A DNA stretch of 64,000 nt from a bacterium (GTDB lineage: Bacteria > Patescibacteriota > Patescibacteriia > UBA9934 > GWF2-40-263), in the NCBI GenBank assembly GCA_021789915.1, contig JAJYIV010000001.1, positions 375 to 64,374 of the forward strand, given 5' to 3'. The translations under genes and the position numbers were made by a program. Below are positions 1 through 8,594 of this stretch, piece by piece. The notes under the pieces are model-generated. The model was given only the letters and a program-made list of their open reading frames with translations, had not been told where the DNA came from and made no database searches. Each line of letters begins with the position of its first letter. Position 1 is the stretch's first letter.

Positions 1-1
1 G

Positions 2-145
2 AAGACCCGCGTCATGAAGCAGGTGACGATCGAGGACGCGGAACGGGCCGACGAGATGTTCGACGTGCTGATGGGCGCCGACGTGGCGCCGCGCAAGCGG
101 TTCATCCAGACGCACGCGAAGAGCGTGGCGAATCTCGACGTATAA
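2..145 (+). CDS. DNA gyrase/topoisomerase IV subunit B, C-terminal fragment (5' end outside window)
   Basis: Frame-2 translation KTRVMKQVTIEDAERADEMFDVLMGADVAPRKRFIQTHAKSVANLDV* matches the conserved GyrB/ParE C-terminal tail (TLMGDxVEPRRxFIExNA). Stop TAA at 143-145. Confidence 0.6.
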   Translation, partial: KTRVMKQVTIEDAERADEMFDVLMGADVAPRKRFIQTHAKSVANLDV

Positions 146-256
146 AGCGGCCACTCCCGAACGTCGGTTCGGGAGTTTTGTTTTGCGCGCAGAACGAACG
201 AAAAAACCGCGCGGCGCTTCCCGAAAGAAGCACGCGCGCGGCAAGGTCGAAAGCGC

Positions 257-1546
257 TCACGCGGCCGGCGGGATGAAGCGCTCGAGCGGGAAGAACCGGG
301 CCAGCTCCTTGAGCGTCAGCTCGCGCGCGAGCACGCGGCGCAGGCCGTCCTCGTACATCGTGCGCATGCCCTGCGCACGGGCGAGCCGGTCGAGCTCGGG
401 GCCGATGCGGTTGCGCAGGATCAGCTCCTGCGCCTCGGGCGCCGCCTCGAAGATCTCGAACAGCGGCAGGCGGCCGTGGGTGCCGCGGAACCGGCAGGCC
501 GGACAGCCTTGCGTCTCGGCCACTTGGCCGACCCACGAGATGCCGTGCGCGGACGCGAACCGCTCGAGCTCTTCGCGGCGATCTTCCGGCGCCAGCGCGA
601 TCGTCCGGCACTTCGCGCACGTGCGGCGCGCAAGCCGCTGGCACGTGGCGGCGACCAGCGCCTCCGACACGAGCAGCGGATCGTCGGCAAGGGCGAGGAG
701 GCGGCGCACGGCGGACAGCGCACTCTGCGCGGTCATGCCGGCGATGACGAGATGGCCCGTCTCGGCCGCCCGCAGCGCGAGCTTCGCCGTCTCCGGATCG
801 TCGAGCGCGTCCACGAAGATGAAGTCCGGATCCTGGCGCAGCACCGCGCGCAGGAGTCCGGAGCGGTCGGCGTGCCGGCCCGTCTCATGGTGCTGCACGA
901 AGTTGACCGGCCACTCCGCGCGCTCCTCGACCGTCGCGAGGCTCACGTCGGCCGTGCTAAGCTTCGCGAGCGCCGCGTACGCCGTCGCGCTCTTGCCCTG
1001 CCCGCCCGGGCTCGTCACGAGCACGAGGCCGCGCGGCTTTCCGATCGCGCGGACGAAGGCGGCCAGCCCCTCCGCGGGAAGATCCAGCTCCTCGAGCGCA
1101 ACCGGCGCGGCGCGGCCGACGAAAGGGCGGCACAGCACGACGCCCTCGCCGTGCACGCCGAGGCACGTATCGACGCGCAGCAAGAACTGACGGCCTTTGC
1201 TGTCGAAGCGGATGCGCCCGGACTGCGGCTGACGAACCTCCGCGAGGTTCATCCCCGCCATCATCTTGAGCCGCGCGACGACGGCCGCCTGCAGCGGCTT
1301 CGGGATCATCGGCCCCGGCTGCAGGATGCTGTCGATGCGGAAGCGCACGCGCACGACCGCCTCCTCCGGCTCGATGTGGATGTCCGTCGCGCGCTCGTCG
1401 ACGGCGCGGAGGATGAGCTGATCCACCAGCTCGACCAGCGGCCCGTGCAGCAGCGACGCCTCTTGATCGTCGCCGCGTCTCACGGATTCTTCGGCCTCGG
1501 CCATGGCCTGCCCGAACGTCTCGTCGAACGTCTGCATGTCTTTCAT
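257..1546 (-). CDS. GspE/PilB-family secretion/type IV pilus assembly ATPase (about 430 aa)
   Basis: Walker A region GGQGKSAT, GspE signature region, and C-terminal tetracysteine CAKC..CPAC. Start set at MKDMQTFDE (ATG 1546), preceded by GGAGG. The upstream part of the 574-aa ORF overlaps the neighbouring gene. Confidence 0.8.
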   Translation of the reverse strand: MKDMQTFDETFGQAMAEAEESVRRGDDQEASLLHGPLVELVDQLILRAVDERATDIHIEPEEAVVRVRFRIDSILQPGPMIPKPLQAAVVARLKMMAGMNLAEVRQPQSGRIRFDSKGRQFLLRVDTCLGVHGEGVVLCRPFVGRAAPVALEELDLPAEGLAAFVRAIGKPRGLVLVTSPGGQGKSATAYAALAKLSTADVSLATVEERAEWPVNFVQHHETGRHADRSGLLRAVLRQDPDFIFVDALDDPETAKLALRAAETGHLVIAGMTAQSALSAVRRLLALADDPLLVSEALVAATCQRLARRTCAKCRTIALAPEDRREELERFASAHGISWVGQVAETQGCPACRFRGTHGRLPLFEIFEAAPEAQELILRNRIGPELDRLARAQGMRTMYEDGLRRVLARELTLKELARFFPLERFIPPAA

Positions 1547-1709
1547 CTCTTCCTCCGGTCGCCCGCCGTGGGCGATGAAGAAACCTTGGACCCGTTCCCA
1601 TGCGTTGTCAACGGACGGGCCGTCGCATTGACACGGCGCCGCCGTCCGGCTACATTGGGCCGTCCCGCATGGGCTGGGACGTTCTTTTCTCGGGAAGAAA
1701 GGAGACGCC

Positions 1710-2621
1710 ATGGACGCGGAATCCCTGTCCACGGCGCTCTCCGCCGCGGACGATCTTGCACGCGCACTCATGGAGCGCGGCGTCGGCCGGCGCGGTCTTG
1801 CGCCGGACGCGACGATCAGGCACATGGTCGATATCGAAGCGGCCCGCGCCTTCGATCGCGACGCCGCCCGGCCGTGGATGGCCGCCTGCGGGTTCCCGCA
1901 GGCGACGCCGGACGAACGGCTCGCGCGCGGCCTGCTGTACGCGGGCATCGCCGGACGGCTGCTGCCGCCGGAAGAGCGCACGCCGGACGGCGCCTTCGTG
2001 CCGTTCGAGCGGATGCACGCCGGCTACTGGGCCGGCGCCAAGGCCCAGCACCTGCTGCATGACGGCCTGCTGGGCGCTTCGCCCGACGGCCGGACCGCCT
2101 TCGCCGCCGCCGTCGACGCCTTGCCGGAGGAGCACGCGCCCATGCGCCGGCACGTCGCGGGCGCCTTGGCCGGCGCGCGCGCCTACCACGCGCTGCGGGC
2201 GTGCGGCCTGCCTCTCAACGTGCGTATCGGCACGCTCTCGGAAGACGTGCTGCGCGCGACGGACATCGTGGCGACAAGAAGGGGCCGCGAGGGCGGCTGC
2301 GTCGTGCAGGTGAAGGCCAACGGCCGTCACTCGCGCGCGCAGGTGCTGCCGGAACGGCAGCGGCCGTTCTTCCTGAGCCGGCTGTTCGACGCGCGATGGG
2401 ACGAAGAGCGGCGGACCGACGCGCTGCGCGGAGCGGAACGCGTGTGGGAGGAGGCGTACCGGCGCGGCAGACGCTGGGCGGCGCTGCTCGTGTACGCGGA
2501 CGTCGCCACGCGGCCGCCCGCCGAGCTGGACGATCCGGAGCTGCGCGATCTGCTGCGCGCCCGCCTTCTCGAAACGCCGATCTTCTCGCCTGACGAACCG
2601 ACGGGCGAGATCATCCCCTAA
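1710..2621 (+). CDS. hypothetical protein
   Basis: 303-aa ORF. AAGGAG 7 nt upstream of the ATG. Followed by a + strand rho-independent terminator hairpin (2626-2650, CCGGTCCTTGCGGCCGG + TTTTTT). Coding-type third-position GC. Confidence 0.5.
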   Translation: MDAESLSTALSAADDLARALMERGVGRRGLAPDATIRHMVDIEAARAFDRDAARPWMAACGFPQATPDERLARGLLYAGIAGRLLPPEERTPDGAFVPFERMHAGYWAGAKAQHLLHDGLLGASPDGRTAFAAAVDALPEEHAPMRRHVAGALAGARAYHALRACGLPLNVRIGTLSEDVLRATDIVATRRGREGGCVVQVKANGRHSRAQVLPERQRPFFLSRLFDARWDEERRTDALRGAERVWEEAYRRGRRWAALLVYADVATRPPAELDDPELRDLLRARLLETPIFSPDEPTGEIIP

Positions 2622-2654
2622 CCCGGTCCTTGCGGCCGGATTTTTTATCGGCGT

Positions 2655-2700
2655 TGGCCCCTACCCCCTTCCCCTTGCCAAAAAACGCGCCTTCGTTTAT
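2655..2700 (+). promoter_or_regulatory. putative sigma70-like promoter for secE-nusG (TTGCCA-N17-TATCCT)
   Basis: TTGCCA aaaaacgcgccttcgtt TATCCT sits between the upstream terminator and secE. Confidence 0.3.
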
Positions 2701-2747
2701 CCTGCAGCCATTGCCCCGCGAGGGGTTTTAAAAATAGACGATTTCTT

Positions 2748-2969
2748 ATGGAAGCCGCCAAAAAGGCCCATCCCTTCGCCTGGCTCGTGCAGTACCTGCG
2801 CGAGTCAAAGGAAGAGCTTGAAAAGGTCGCCTGGCCGTCCCGCCGCGACACCGTCCGTTATTCCCTGCTCGTCATCGGCATCTCGGTCGGCCTCGCCGCC
2901 GCGATCGCCGGGGCCGACTGGCTCCTCTCCTACGGCTTCAACCAGCTGGTTGCGGCCGCGAAGGGGTAA
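2748..2969 (+). CDS. secE: preprotein translocase subunit SecE
   Basis: 73 aa with a single C-terminal TM helix, immediately upstream of nusG (conserved secE-nusG-rplK-rplA order). The N-terminal region is SecE-like. Confidence 0.8.
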   Translation: MEAAKKAHPFAWLVQYLRESKEELEKVAWPSRRDTVRYSLLVIGISVGLAAAIAGADWLLSYGFNQLVAAAKG

Positions 2970-2996
2970 TTCCATCACGCTCGTTTCGGAGGATCT

Positions 2997-3542
2997 ATGC
3001 CAAAGCAAACAGCCAACCAGGGACGCCGCTGGTACGCCATCCACACGTATTCCGGCTACGAGGACAACGTGGCGGAGAACCTGCGCCAGCGCATCGAGAC
3101 GATGGACATGGAGGACAAGATCTTCAACGTGCTCGTCCCGAAGGAAAAGAAGGTCCGCATCAAGAACGGCAAGCGGCGCACGATCGAGGAAAAGATCTTC
3201 CCGGGCTACGTGCTGGTGGAGATGATCGTCACGGACGATTCGTGGTATGTGGTGCGCAACACGCCGAACGTCACCGGCTTCATCGGCACGGGCACGACGC
3301 CGACGCCGGTGTCGCAGGAGGAGATGGACGCCCTGCTGAAGCGCATGCGCGTGGAGGAGCCGGAAACCCAGATCGACATCGAGAAAGGAACCGTGGTCAC
3401 CATCCAGGACGGCCCGTTCAAGAACTTCGAAGGCAAGGTGTCCGACGTGGACCGCGAGCGCGGAAAGGTCAAGGTGCTCGTCAACATGTTCGGCCGCGAG
3501 ACGCCGGTGGAACTCGACTTCCTGCAGGTGAAGAAAACGTAG
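2997..3542 (+). CDS. nusG: transcription termination/antitermination factor NusG
   Basis: 181 aa. NGN domain (RWYAIHTYSGYE) and KOW motif (VVTIQDGPFKNFEGKV). Confidence 0.9.
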   Translation: MPKQTANQGRRWYAIHTYSGYEDNVAENLRQRIETMDMEDKIFNVLVPKEKKVRIKNGKRRTIEEKIFPGYVLVEMIVTDDSWYVVRNTPNVTGFIGTGTTPTPVSQEEMDALLKRMRVEEPETQIDIEKGTVVTIQDGPFKNFEGKVSDVDRERGKVKVLVNMFGRETPVELDFLQVKKT

Positions 3543-3544
3543 GG

Positions 3545-3706
3545 ACCTCTGAAAAAATGATGGATTTTCGTTGTCAGCCAAAGGCTGATCAGCCTCTGGC
3601 TGAAATGGGCTGCCGAGCCCCGCGAACCCTACTGAAACGTAGGGAGAGCGGGGTCGGCGGGCGCCCATGAGACGAAAAGACGCCATTTTGCAGAGGTCCC
3701 CTCTAA
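3545..3706. repeat. R5 element, copy A (about 160 bp, terminal inverted repeats GACCTCTGAAAAA..TTTTGCAGAGGTC)
   Basis: The terminal ~35 bp on each side match the reverse complement of 5343-5480 (GACCTCTGAAAAA-GATGGATTTTCGTTG .. GAGACGAAAAG-CGCC-TTTTGC-GAGGTC). Confidence 0.6.
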
Positions 3707-3780
3707 GAAACAAGGAGGGGATCCTTATTCACCTAGTCTGGTTACCCGCGTACGCGGGAATCCAGTAACCAAAGCATGCT

Positions 3781-4206
3781 ATGGCGAAGAAACTCGTCAC
3801 GCAGATCAAGCTGCAGATCCAGGGCGGCGCCGCCACCCCGGCCCCGCCGGTCGGCCCCGCGCTCGGCCAGCACGGATTGAACATCGCCGGGTTCGTGAAG
3901 CAGTTCAACGACGCGACAGCCAACCGCCGCGGCGAGGTCGTGCCGGTCGTCATCAACGTCTACGACGACCGCACGTTCGACTTCATCATGAAGATCGCGC
4001 CGGCCTCGGAGCTCATCAAAAAGGCGATCGGCCTCGAGAAGGGCTCCGGCAAGCCGCTCACGGACAAAGTCGGCACGCTGTCCAAGGCGCAGCTGCGCGA
4101 GATCGCGCAGAAGAAGCTCCCCGACCTCAACACGACCGACGTCGAAAAGGCGATGAAGATCATTGCCGGCACGGCGCGCCAGATGGGCGTCGCCGTGGAA
4201 GTCTGA
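3781..4206 (+). CDS. rplK: 50S ribosomal protein L11
   Basis: 141 aa. [32 protein letters not shown] is the canonical L11 N-terminus. Confidence 0.95.
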   Translation: MAKKLVTQIKLQIQGGAATPAPPVGPALGQHGLNIAGFVKQFNDATANRRGEVVPVVINVYDDRTFDFIMKIAPASELIKKAIGLEKGSGKPLTDKVGTLSKAQLREIAQKKLPDLNTTDVEKAMKIIAGTARQMGVAVEV

Positions 4207-4217
4207 ACGACCGCGCT

Positions 4218-4592
4218 ATGTCCAAGGGAGGATCCGTCATCCTGCGCATCTATTTCGCCCTCGTCTCATTCGTGACGCTCATGATCCTCGTCGTCTCGGC
4301 GGGCGATCTGATCAATCTCGGATTGAAGACGTGGGTATTCCCCGCCGCCGACCAGCCCGCCTATGTCGCGCCGTGCCCGACGCCCGTTGCGATGCCGGAC
4401 GGGAAGCCAGCCGTCGCCGACCAGGCCGTCTGCGAACAGCAGCGCGCCGAACAACAGCGCCAGGCCCTCGTGCAGAAAGAGCAGAACGCCGTGCGCGACC
4501 TGTCCTTCCTGCTCGTCGCCGCACCCCTGTTCGCCCTGCACTTCCGCATCGTTCTGCGCGACTGGAAGGAATTGAGGAATGAGAACGCTTAA
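4218..4592 (+). CDS. hypothetical small membrane protein inserted between rplK and rplA
   Basis: 124-aa ORF. Hydrophobic helices at the N- and C-termini. Coding-type codon bias. Fills the rplK-rplA gap exactly. Confidence 0.5.
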   Translation: MSKGGSVILRIYFALVSFVTLMILVVSAGDLINLGLKTWVFPAADQPAYVAPCPTPVAMPDGKPAVADQAVCEQQRAEQQRQALVQKEQNAVRDLSFLLVAAPLFALHFRIVLRDWKELRNENA

Positions 4593-4650
4593 TCCGTTTC
4601 GTGGGAGCCCCGCCCGCAAGCAGGCGGGGCGCCATCACCACATCCATCCT

Positions 4651-5343
4651 ATGTCCGATTCCAAGCGTTTCGCTGCCGTGAAGCAGCTCGTCGACAGGAA
4701 GAAAGCCTACCCGATCGACGAAGCCGTCGCCCTGCTGAAGAAAACCGCGTCCGCCAAGTTCGACGAGGCCGTCGAGCTCCACGTCCGCCTCGGCATCGAC
4801 CCGACCAAGGGCGACCAGCAGGTGCGCGGCGTGATCGCCCTGCCGCACGGCGTGGGCGGCAAGGCCAAGCGTGTCGCCGCGTTCGTGGAAGCCGCCAAAG
4901 AACAGGAGGCCAAGGAAGCCGGCGCCGATCTCGTCGGCGGCGAGGAGCTGATCGGCCAGATCGCCTCCAGCCAGGCCCTGGATTTCGACGTCGCCGTCGC
5001 CACGCCGGCGATGATGCCGAAGCTTGCGAAGCTGGCGAAGCTTTTGGGGCCCAAAGGCCTCATGCCGAACCCGAAGACGGACACGGTGGGACCGAATGTC
5101 GGCAGGATGGTCGCCGAGCAGAAGGCGGGCAAACAGAGCTTCAAGAACGACGCGACGGGCAACATCCACCAGGTGTTCGGCCGCGCGTCCTTCTCCAAAG
5201 CCGACCTGAAAGACAACCTGAACGCGCTTCTGGACGCCATCCGCAAGCTCAAGCCGTCCTCGTCGAAAGGCATCTACCTGCTGAACGCGACGGTGACGAC
5301 GACGATGGGCCCGGGCATCAAGCTCGAAGTCGCGCAGCAATAA
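4651..5343 (+). CDS. rplA: 50S ribosomal protein L1
   Basis: Start placed at MSDSKRFAAVKQ (ATG 4651). L1 motifs present (DPTKGDQQVRG, GxxLGPKGLMPNPKTDTV). The upstream ORF extension carries a hairpin CCCGCC-CGCAAGCA-GGCGGG. Confidence 0.9.
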   Translation: MSDSKRFAAVKQLVDRKKAYPIDEAVALLKKTASAKFDEAVELHVRLGIDPTKGDQQVRGVIALPHGVGGKAKRVAAFVEAAKEQEAKEAGADLVGGEELIGQIASSQALDFDVAVATPAMMPKLAKLAKLLGPKGLMPNPKTDTVGPNVGRMVAEQKAGKQSFKNDATGNIHQVFGRASFSKADLKDNLNALLDAIRKLKPSSSKGIYLLNATVTTTMGPGIKLEVAQQ

Positions 5344-5480
5344 GCGAAGAGACCTCCGCAAAACGGCGCCTTTTCGTCTCGCGGGGCCCCGCCGCCTCCT
5401 CAACGTACGTTTTCAGTACGTTTCGGAGGTCGGCTTCCCCGCTCAACGAAAATCCATCCGTTTTTCAGAGGTCTCTCAAG
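5343..5480. repeat. R5 element, copy B (inverted relative to copy A)
   Basis: Reverse complement aligns with 3545-3706 at both termini. With copy A it brackets rplK-hyp-rplA. Confidence 0.6.
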
Positions 5481-5538
5481 ACAAAACACGACCCCACAAC
5501 GGCCGTGTTTTTGCACGCAAGAAAAACCCGCGCCTTGT

Positions 5539-6174
5539 TCAGGAGCGGGAAAGCGTCTGAATCGCGAGGCGCAAGAGGAGGTCGGCGACGTCGGGCGGCA
5601 GATGCTCCTCCATCTCCGCCCGCGTCATACCCTCAAGCTCGTGGCTGAGGTAGTGGATCCACGGGTCGTCGCCGCCATCCTCGTCGTAAAGGTCGTGACC
5701 GACGCACCAGTAATCGGGCGTCACGTCCATGGGCGGCTGGAAGCGACGGATCTTGTAGTCGTGGACGGCCACCTTGATGTCCGCGCGCGGAATGCCGTGC
5801 TCCATGATCTTGCCGACCAGGTGGTTGATCGTGAGGCCGCGGTCGAAGATGTCGTCGACGAGCAGCACCTTGTCGCCTGCCCGCAGGTGCGCCGGATCGT
5901 AGGTCCAGCCCTCGACGCGCACCTCGTCGCGCTGCCCGAGTCCCGTGTAGGAGCGAGCCGCCACGGCGGCGAACAGGATGCGCCGCAGCTCCGGACGCTG
6001 CGCCCGCACCCACTTGAAGAACTCGCTTACCGGATTGCCGACGGAAGACCCGCCGCGCAGCGCGATGTAGATCACGTCCGGGTAGAAGCCGTCCTGGAAG
6101 ATCCGGGCGGCCATGCGCCAGGCATTGTCTCGCAGGACATTGGCCGGGACAAATATTTTCCGGTGGGTTTCCAC
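5539..6174 (-). CDS. type I phosphoribosyltransferase (hypoxanthine/purine PRTase-like)
   Basis: 211 aa. PRPP-binding motif VLLVDDIFDRGLTINHLV. Divergent from dcd. Confidence 0.7.
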   Translation of the reverse strand: METHRKIFVPANVLRDNAWRMAARIFQDGFYPDVIYIALRGGSSVGNPVSEFFKWVRAQRPELRRILFAAVAARSYTGLGQRDEVRVEGWTYDPAHLRAGDKVLLVDDIFDRGLTINHLVGKIMEHGIPRADIKVAVHDYKIRRFQPPMDVTPDYWCVGHDLYDEDGGDDPWIHYLSHELEGMTRAEMEEHLPPDVADLLLRLAIQTLSRS

Positions 6175-6254
6175 GATTCCTCCGTCGTCACGACAGGTGA
6201 CGTGCGGGCAGCCTAGACGAACGGCGGCGATTTGTCCACGCGCGGCTTGCGTCG

Positions 6255-6345
6255 GAAGCCGTTAGCCGTTAGCCTTTAGCCGTTAGCCTTTAGCCAGATA
6301 AAAAGCGGGCTCGGCTAACAGCCAATAGCTAAGGGCTAACAGCCC
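6255..6345. repeat. R4 hairpin element (GTTAGCCGTTAGCCTTTAGCC .. GGCTAACAGCCAATAGCTAAGGGCTAACAGCC) ending 4 nt before the dcd ATG
   Basis: Long imperfect palindrome. Related copies upstream of dnaE (29657-29725) and the DUF2304 gene (52205-52295). Confidence 0.6.
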
Positions 6346-6348
6346 CCT

Positions 6349-7020
6349 ATGCCCGTCCTCACCCGCCCCGACATTCTCGACCGCATCGCGCGCGGCGACG
6401 TGCGCTTCACGCCCGCGCTCGACGCCTTCCAGCTGCAGCCGCACGCCGTGGACCTGCGCCTCGGCTACAAGTTCCTCATCCCGAAAAACTGGACGCTCGA
6501 CGAGAAAGGCCGGCGCGCGATCTCCGTCTCGATCGAGCGGCCGGACGCGGCGGACGGCCAGTTCGAGGAAGTCGTCCTGAAGCCGGGACAGTATTTCGAG
6601 CTGCTGCCGAACGAATTCGTGATCGGCACGTCGCTGGAAGAGATCGAGCTCTCGGCGCCGGACCTGATGGCCCTGCTCTTCCCGCGCACGTCGACGAACC
6701 GACGCGGCATCGACCTCTCGCTCTCCGGCATCATCGACGCCGGGTACAAGGGCCGCCTCATCTTCCCGATGAAGAACGAGGCGGGCGACCAGGTGCTGCG
6801 CGTGTGGCCCGGCGAGCGCGTGTGCCAGGTGATCTTCGAGACGCTCTCGACGACGATCTCCGCCGAGGAAGCCGATCGTCACGGGCTGGCGTCGGCCAAG
6901 TACAGCGCCAACGGCGCGCAAACGTACCGGCTGGACAAGGAGGAGGAGCGCGAGGCGCTCACGGGCGGCGGGCTGGAGGAGCTCAAAAAGAAATTCGATA
7001 CGCAAAACCGTGCGTCTTGA
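6349..7020 (+). CDS. dcd: dCTP deaminase (dUTPase-fold)
   Basis: 223 aa. dCTP deaminase family pattern (DLRLGYKF.., GxIDAGYKGRL) with a C-terminal extension. Confidence 0.85.
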   Translation: MPVLTRPDILDRIARGDVRFTPALDAFQLQPHAVDLRLGYKFLIPKNWTLDEKGRRAISVSIERPDAADGQFEEVVLKPGQYFELLPNEFVIGTSLEEIELSAPDLMALLFPRTSTNRRGIDLSLSGIIDAGYKGRLIFPMKNEAGDQVLRVWPGERVCQVIFETLSTTISAEEADRHGLASAKYSANGAQTYRLDKEEEREALTGGGLEELKKKFDTQNRAS

Positions 7021-7031
7021 GCGGTTTTCGC

Positions 7032-7946
7032 TCACAGCTGCTTCAGCACGTTTTGCAGCTGGCGCAGACCGTCCGCTTCCGTTTCGTACTCGATGTGATA
7101 GACGACGCTCGGGATGCCGCGCGTGTAGCGCGTGACGCGGCTGTCTTTCTTGGACACGAGAATGATGGGCTTGCCGGCGGCGTGCGCCACGTCCAGCCCC
7201 CCGCCCGTGCCAAGCGACGGATACGTCACGTCGGCGACGACGGCGTCGGCGGCGCGCACCTGCGCCACGTCCATGTCGTAAACCTCGCGCGGCGAAAAAT
7301 GCGCGTGCCTCTCCGGATCGCTGTGCAGATGCGGCACGTACGCACGGACGCCGAGCTCTTCCGCTGCCGCGCCGATGCGCTCGTACCATGCCTTGTGGCC
7401 GTCGCGAACGTCGTCCGGCAAGTTCGTCAGCCCGCCGGAGACGTAGATCGAACGGATCGACGGGCGCATGGCGGCGGTCAACACTTCTTTGGAAAATCGG
7501 CCGTGTGCGTCTTCAAGAAGATAGACATCGCGGATGCCCGCGTCGATCATCGCCTGCCAGCACGGCTCGCAGCACCACCAGTGGCCGTTCATGTACACGT
7601 CCGCGCCTGCCGGATCGATGCCGCACTTCCGGGCGCGCTTGATGAGCATCGGCTCGGCGTGACCGGAGGGCTCGTGGAAATCGCCGCACAGGTCGTAGCC
7701 CGTGCCTGTCGGACAGGAACGGACGAAGCGCGGGCACACATGGCCGCCGTCGCGTCCGCGGGACCACCCGTTGCCCGCGTCCGTCACGACCGCCCCGTCC
7801 TTGACCAGCACGGCGCCGACCGGAAACACGCGGTCGCCGGCAAGCGTGCGGCGCGCTTCCTCGGCCGCTTGCATGAACGGATGGTCCGCCGGAACGTATT
7901 TGAACGCGCGGCCGGGCGGCAGATAGGGATAGTTCGGAGCGGGCAT
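7032..7946 (-). CDS. fusion protein: N-terminal dCMP/cytidine deaminase domain plus C-terminal nucleoside 2-deoxyribosyltransferase/DNPH1-like domain
   Basis: N-terminal zinc-binding deaminase motifs HAEPMLI ... CCEPCWQAM. The C-terminal half (IYVSGG..DMDVAQVRAADAVVADVT..GTGGGLDVAHAAGKPIILV) has an NDT-fold pattern without the canonical catalytic Glu. Confidence 0.7.
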   Translation of the reverse strand: MPAPNYPYLPPGRAFKYVPADHPFMQAAEEARRTLAGDRVFPVGAVLVKDGAVVTDAGNGWSRGRDGGHVCPRFVRSCPTGTGYDLCGDFHEPSGHAEPMLIKRARKCGIDPAGADVYMNGHWWCCEPCWQAMIDAGIRDVYLLEDAHGRFSKEVLTAAMRPSIRSIYVSGGLTNLPDDVRDGHKAWYERIGAAAEELGVRAYVPHLHSDPERHAHFSPREVYDMDVAQVRAADAVVADVTYPSLGTGGGLDVAHAAGKPIILVSKKDSRVTRYTRGIPSVVYHIEYETEADGLRQLQNVLKQL

Positions 7947-7954
7947 ATTTCCTG

Positions 7955-8022
7955 TGTCATCCTAAAGGAATGAAATGACCGAAGGATCTGTTGACGGATC
8001 CTTCGCTCCGCTCAGGATGACA
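7955..8022. repeat. R2 palindromic element, intergenic copy (TGTCATCCT..GAAGGATCTGTTGACGGATCCTTCG..CTCAGGATGACA)
   Basis: Near-perfect palindrome. Two further copies lie inside miaA and miaB. Confidence 0.75.
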
Positions 8023-8593
8023 CAACCTTATAATGTTTCAGCGTCGCGGGGCCGAGCGGCTCCTGCGAAACGAGCGCGAGCCGGCCGAGGTCGAAGCCGG
8101 GCGCCAGCGGCACGCCCGCGCCAAAGTGGACCGGCTCGACTGTCAGGAACGCCTCGTCGACCAAACCGTCGTTCAAGAACCGCGCGTACACCTCCGCGCC
8201 GCCGCAGACGGCGACGGAGGCGACGCCTTCCTTTTCCAGCCGCGCTAGCAGCGCGCGCGTCTCCTCCGAGGTGAACTCCACCGTGCCGTCGTTTCCTCCC
8301 CCGACCCCTCCGCTACGCGGAGGGGTGACCTCGGCTCGAACAGCGCCACCCCTCTCCATGCAATGGAGAGGGTCTGGGTGAGGCCGGTGCGTCAGCACGA
8401 TCAGGCGGCGGCCCGGCAGCGGCTTGCCGATCGTCTCGAACGTCCTGCGTCCCATGATCATCGTGCCGATCTCCTTGGTTTTGGACACGAAAAACGCGTG
8501 GTCTTCCCTGCTGGTCCAATCGAAAGAGTTTTCCGACGCCGCGCGCGCGATGAAGCCGTCCTCCGTGACGGCGGCGATCAGGATGACGCGCAT
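8012..8593 (-). CDS. dihydrofolate reductase family protein (RibD C-terminal/DHFR-like)
   Basis: 193 aa. VILIAAVTEDGFIA..W....D..F N-terminus typical of the RibD_C/DHFR family. A G-rich internal insertion is present. Stop overlaps the thyA start region. Confidence 0.65.
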   Translation of the reverse strand: MRVILIAAVTEDGFIARAASENSFDWTSREDHAFFVSKTKEIGTMIMGRRTFETIGKPLPGRRLIVLTHRPHPDPLHCMERGGAVRAEVTPPRSGGVGGGNDGTVEFTSEETRALLARLEKEGVASVAVCGGAEVYARFLNDGLVDEAFLTVEPVHFGAGVPLAPGFDLGRLALVSQEPLGPATLKHYKVVSS

Positions 8594-8594
8594 A

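Noticed and set aside
476-2062. 528-aa + strand ORF
   Set aside because: Antisense to the well-supported GspE-like ATPase. Arg/Ala/Gly-rich composition is typical of spurious high-GC antisense ORFs.
4163-5403. ORFs 4163-4582(+) and 4312-5403(-) overlapping rplK/rplA
   Set aside because: Arg-rich frames overlapping canonical ribosomal protein genes. No independent support.
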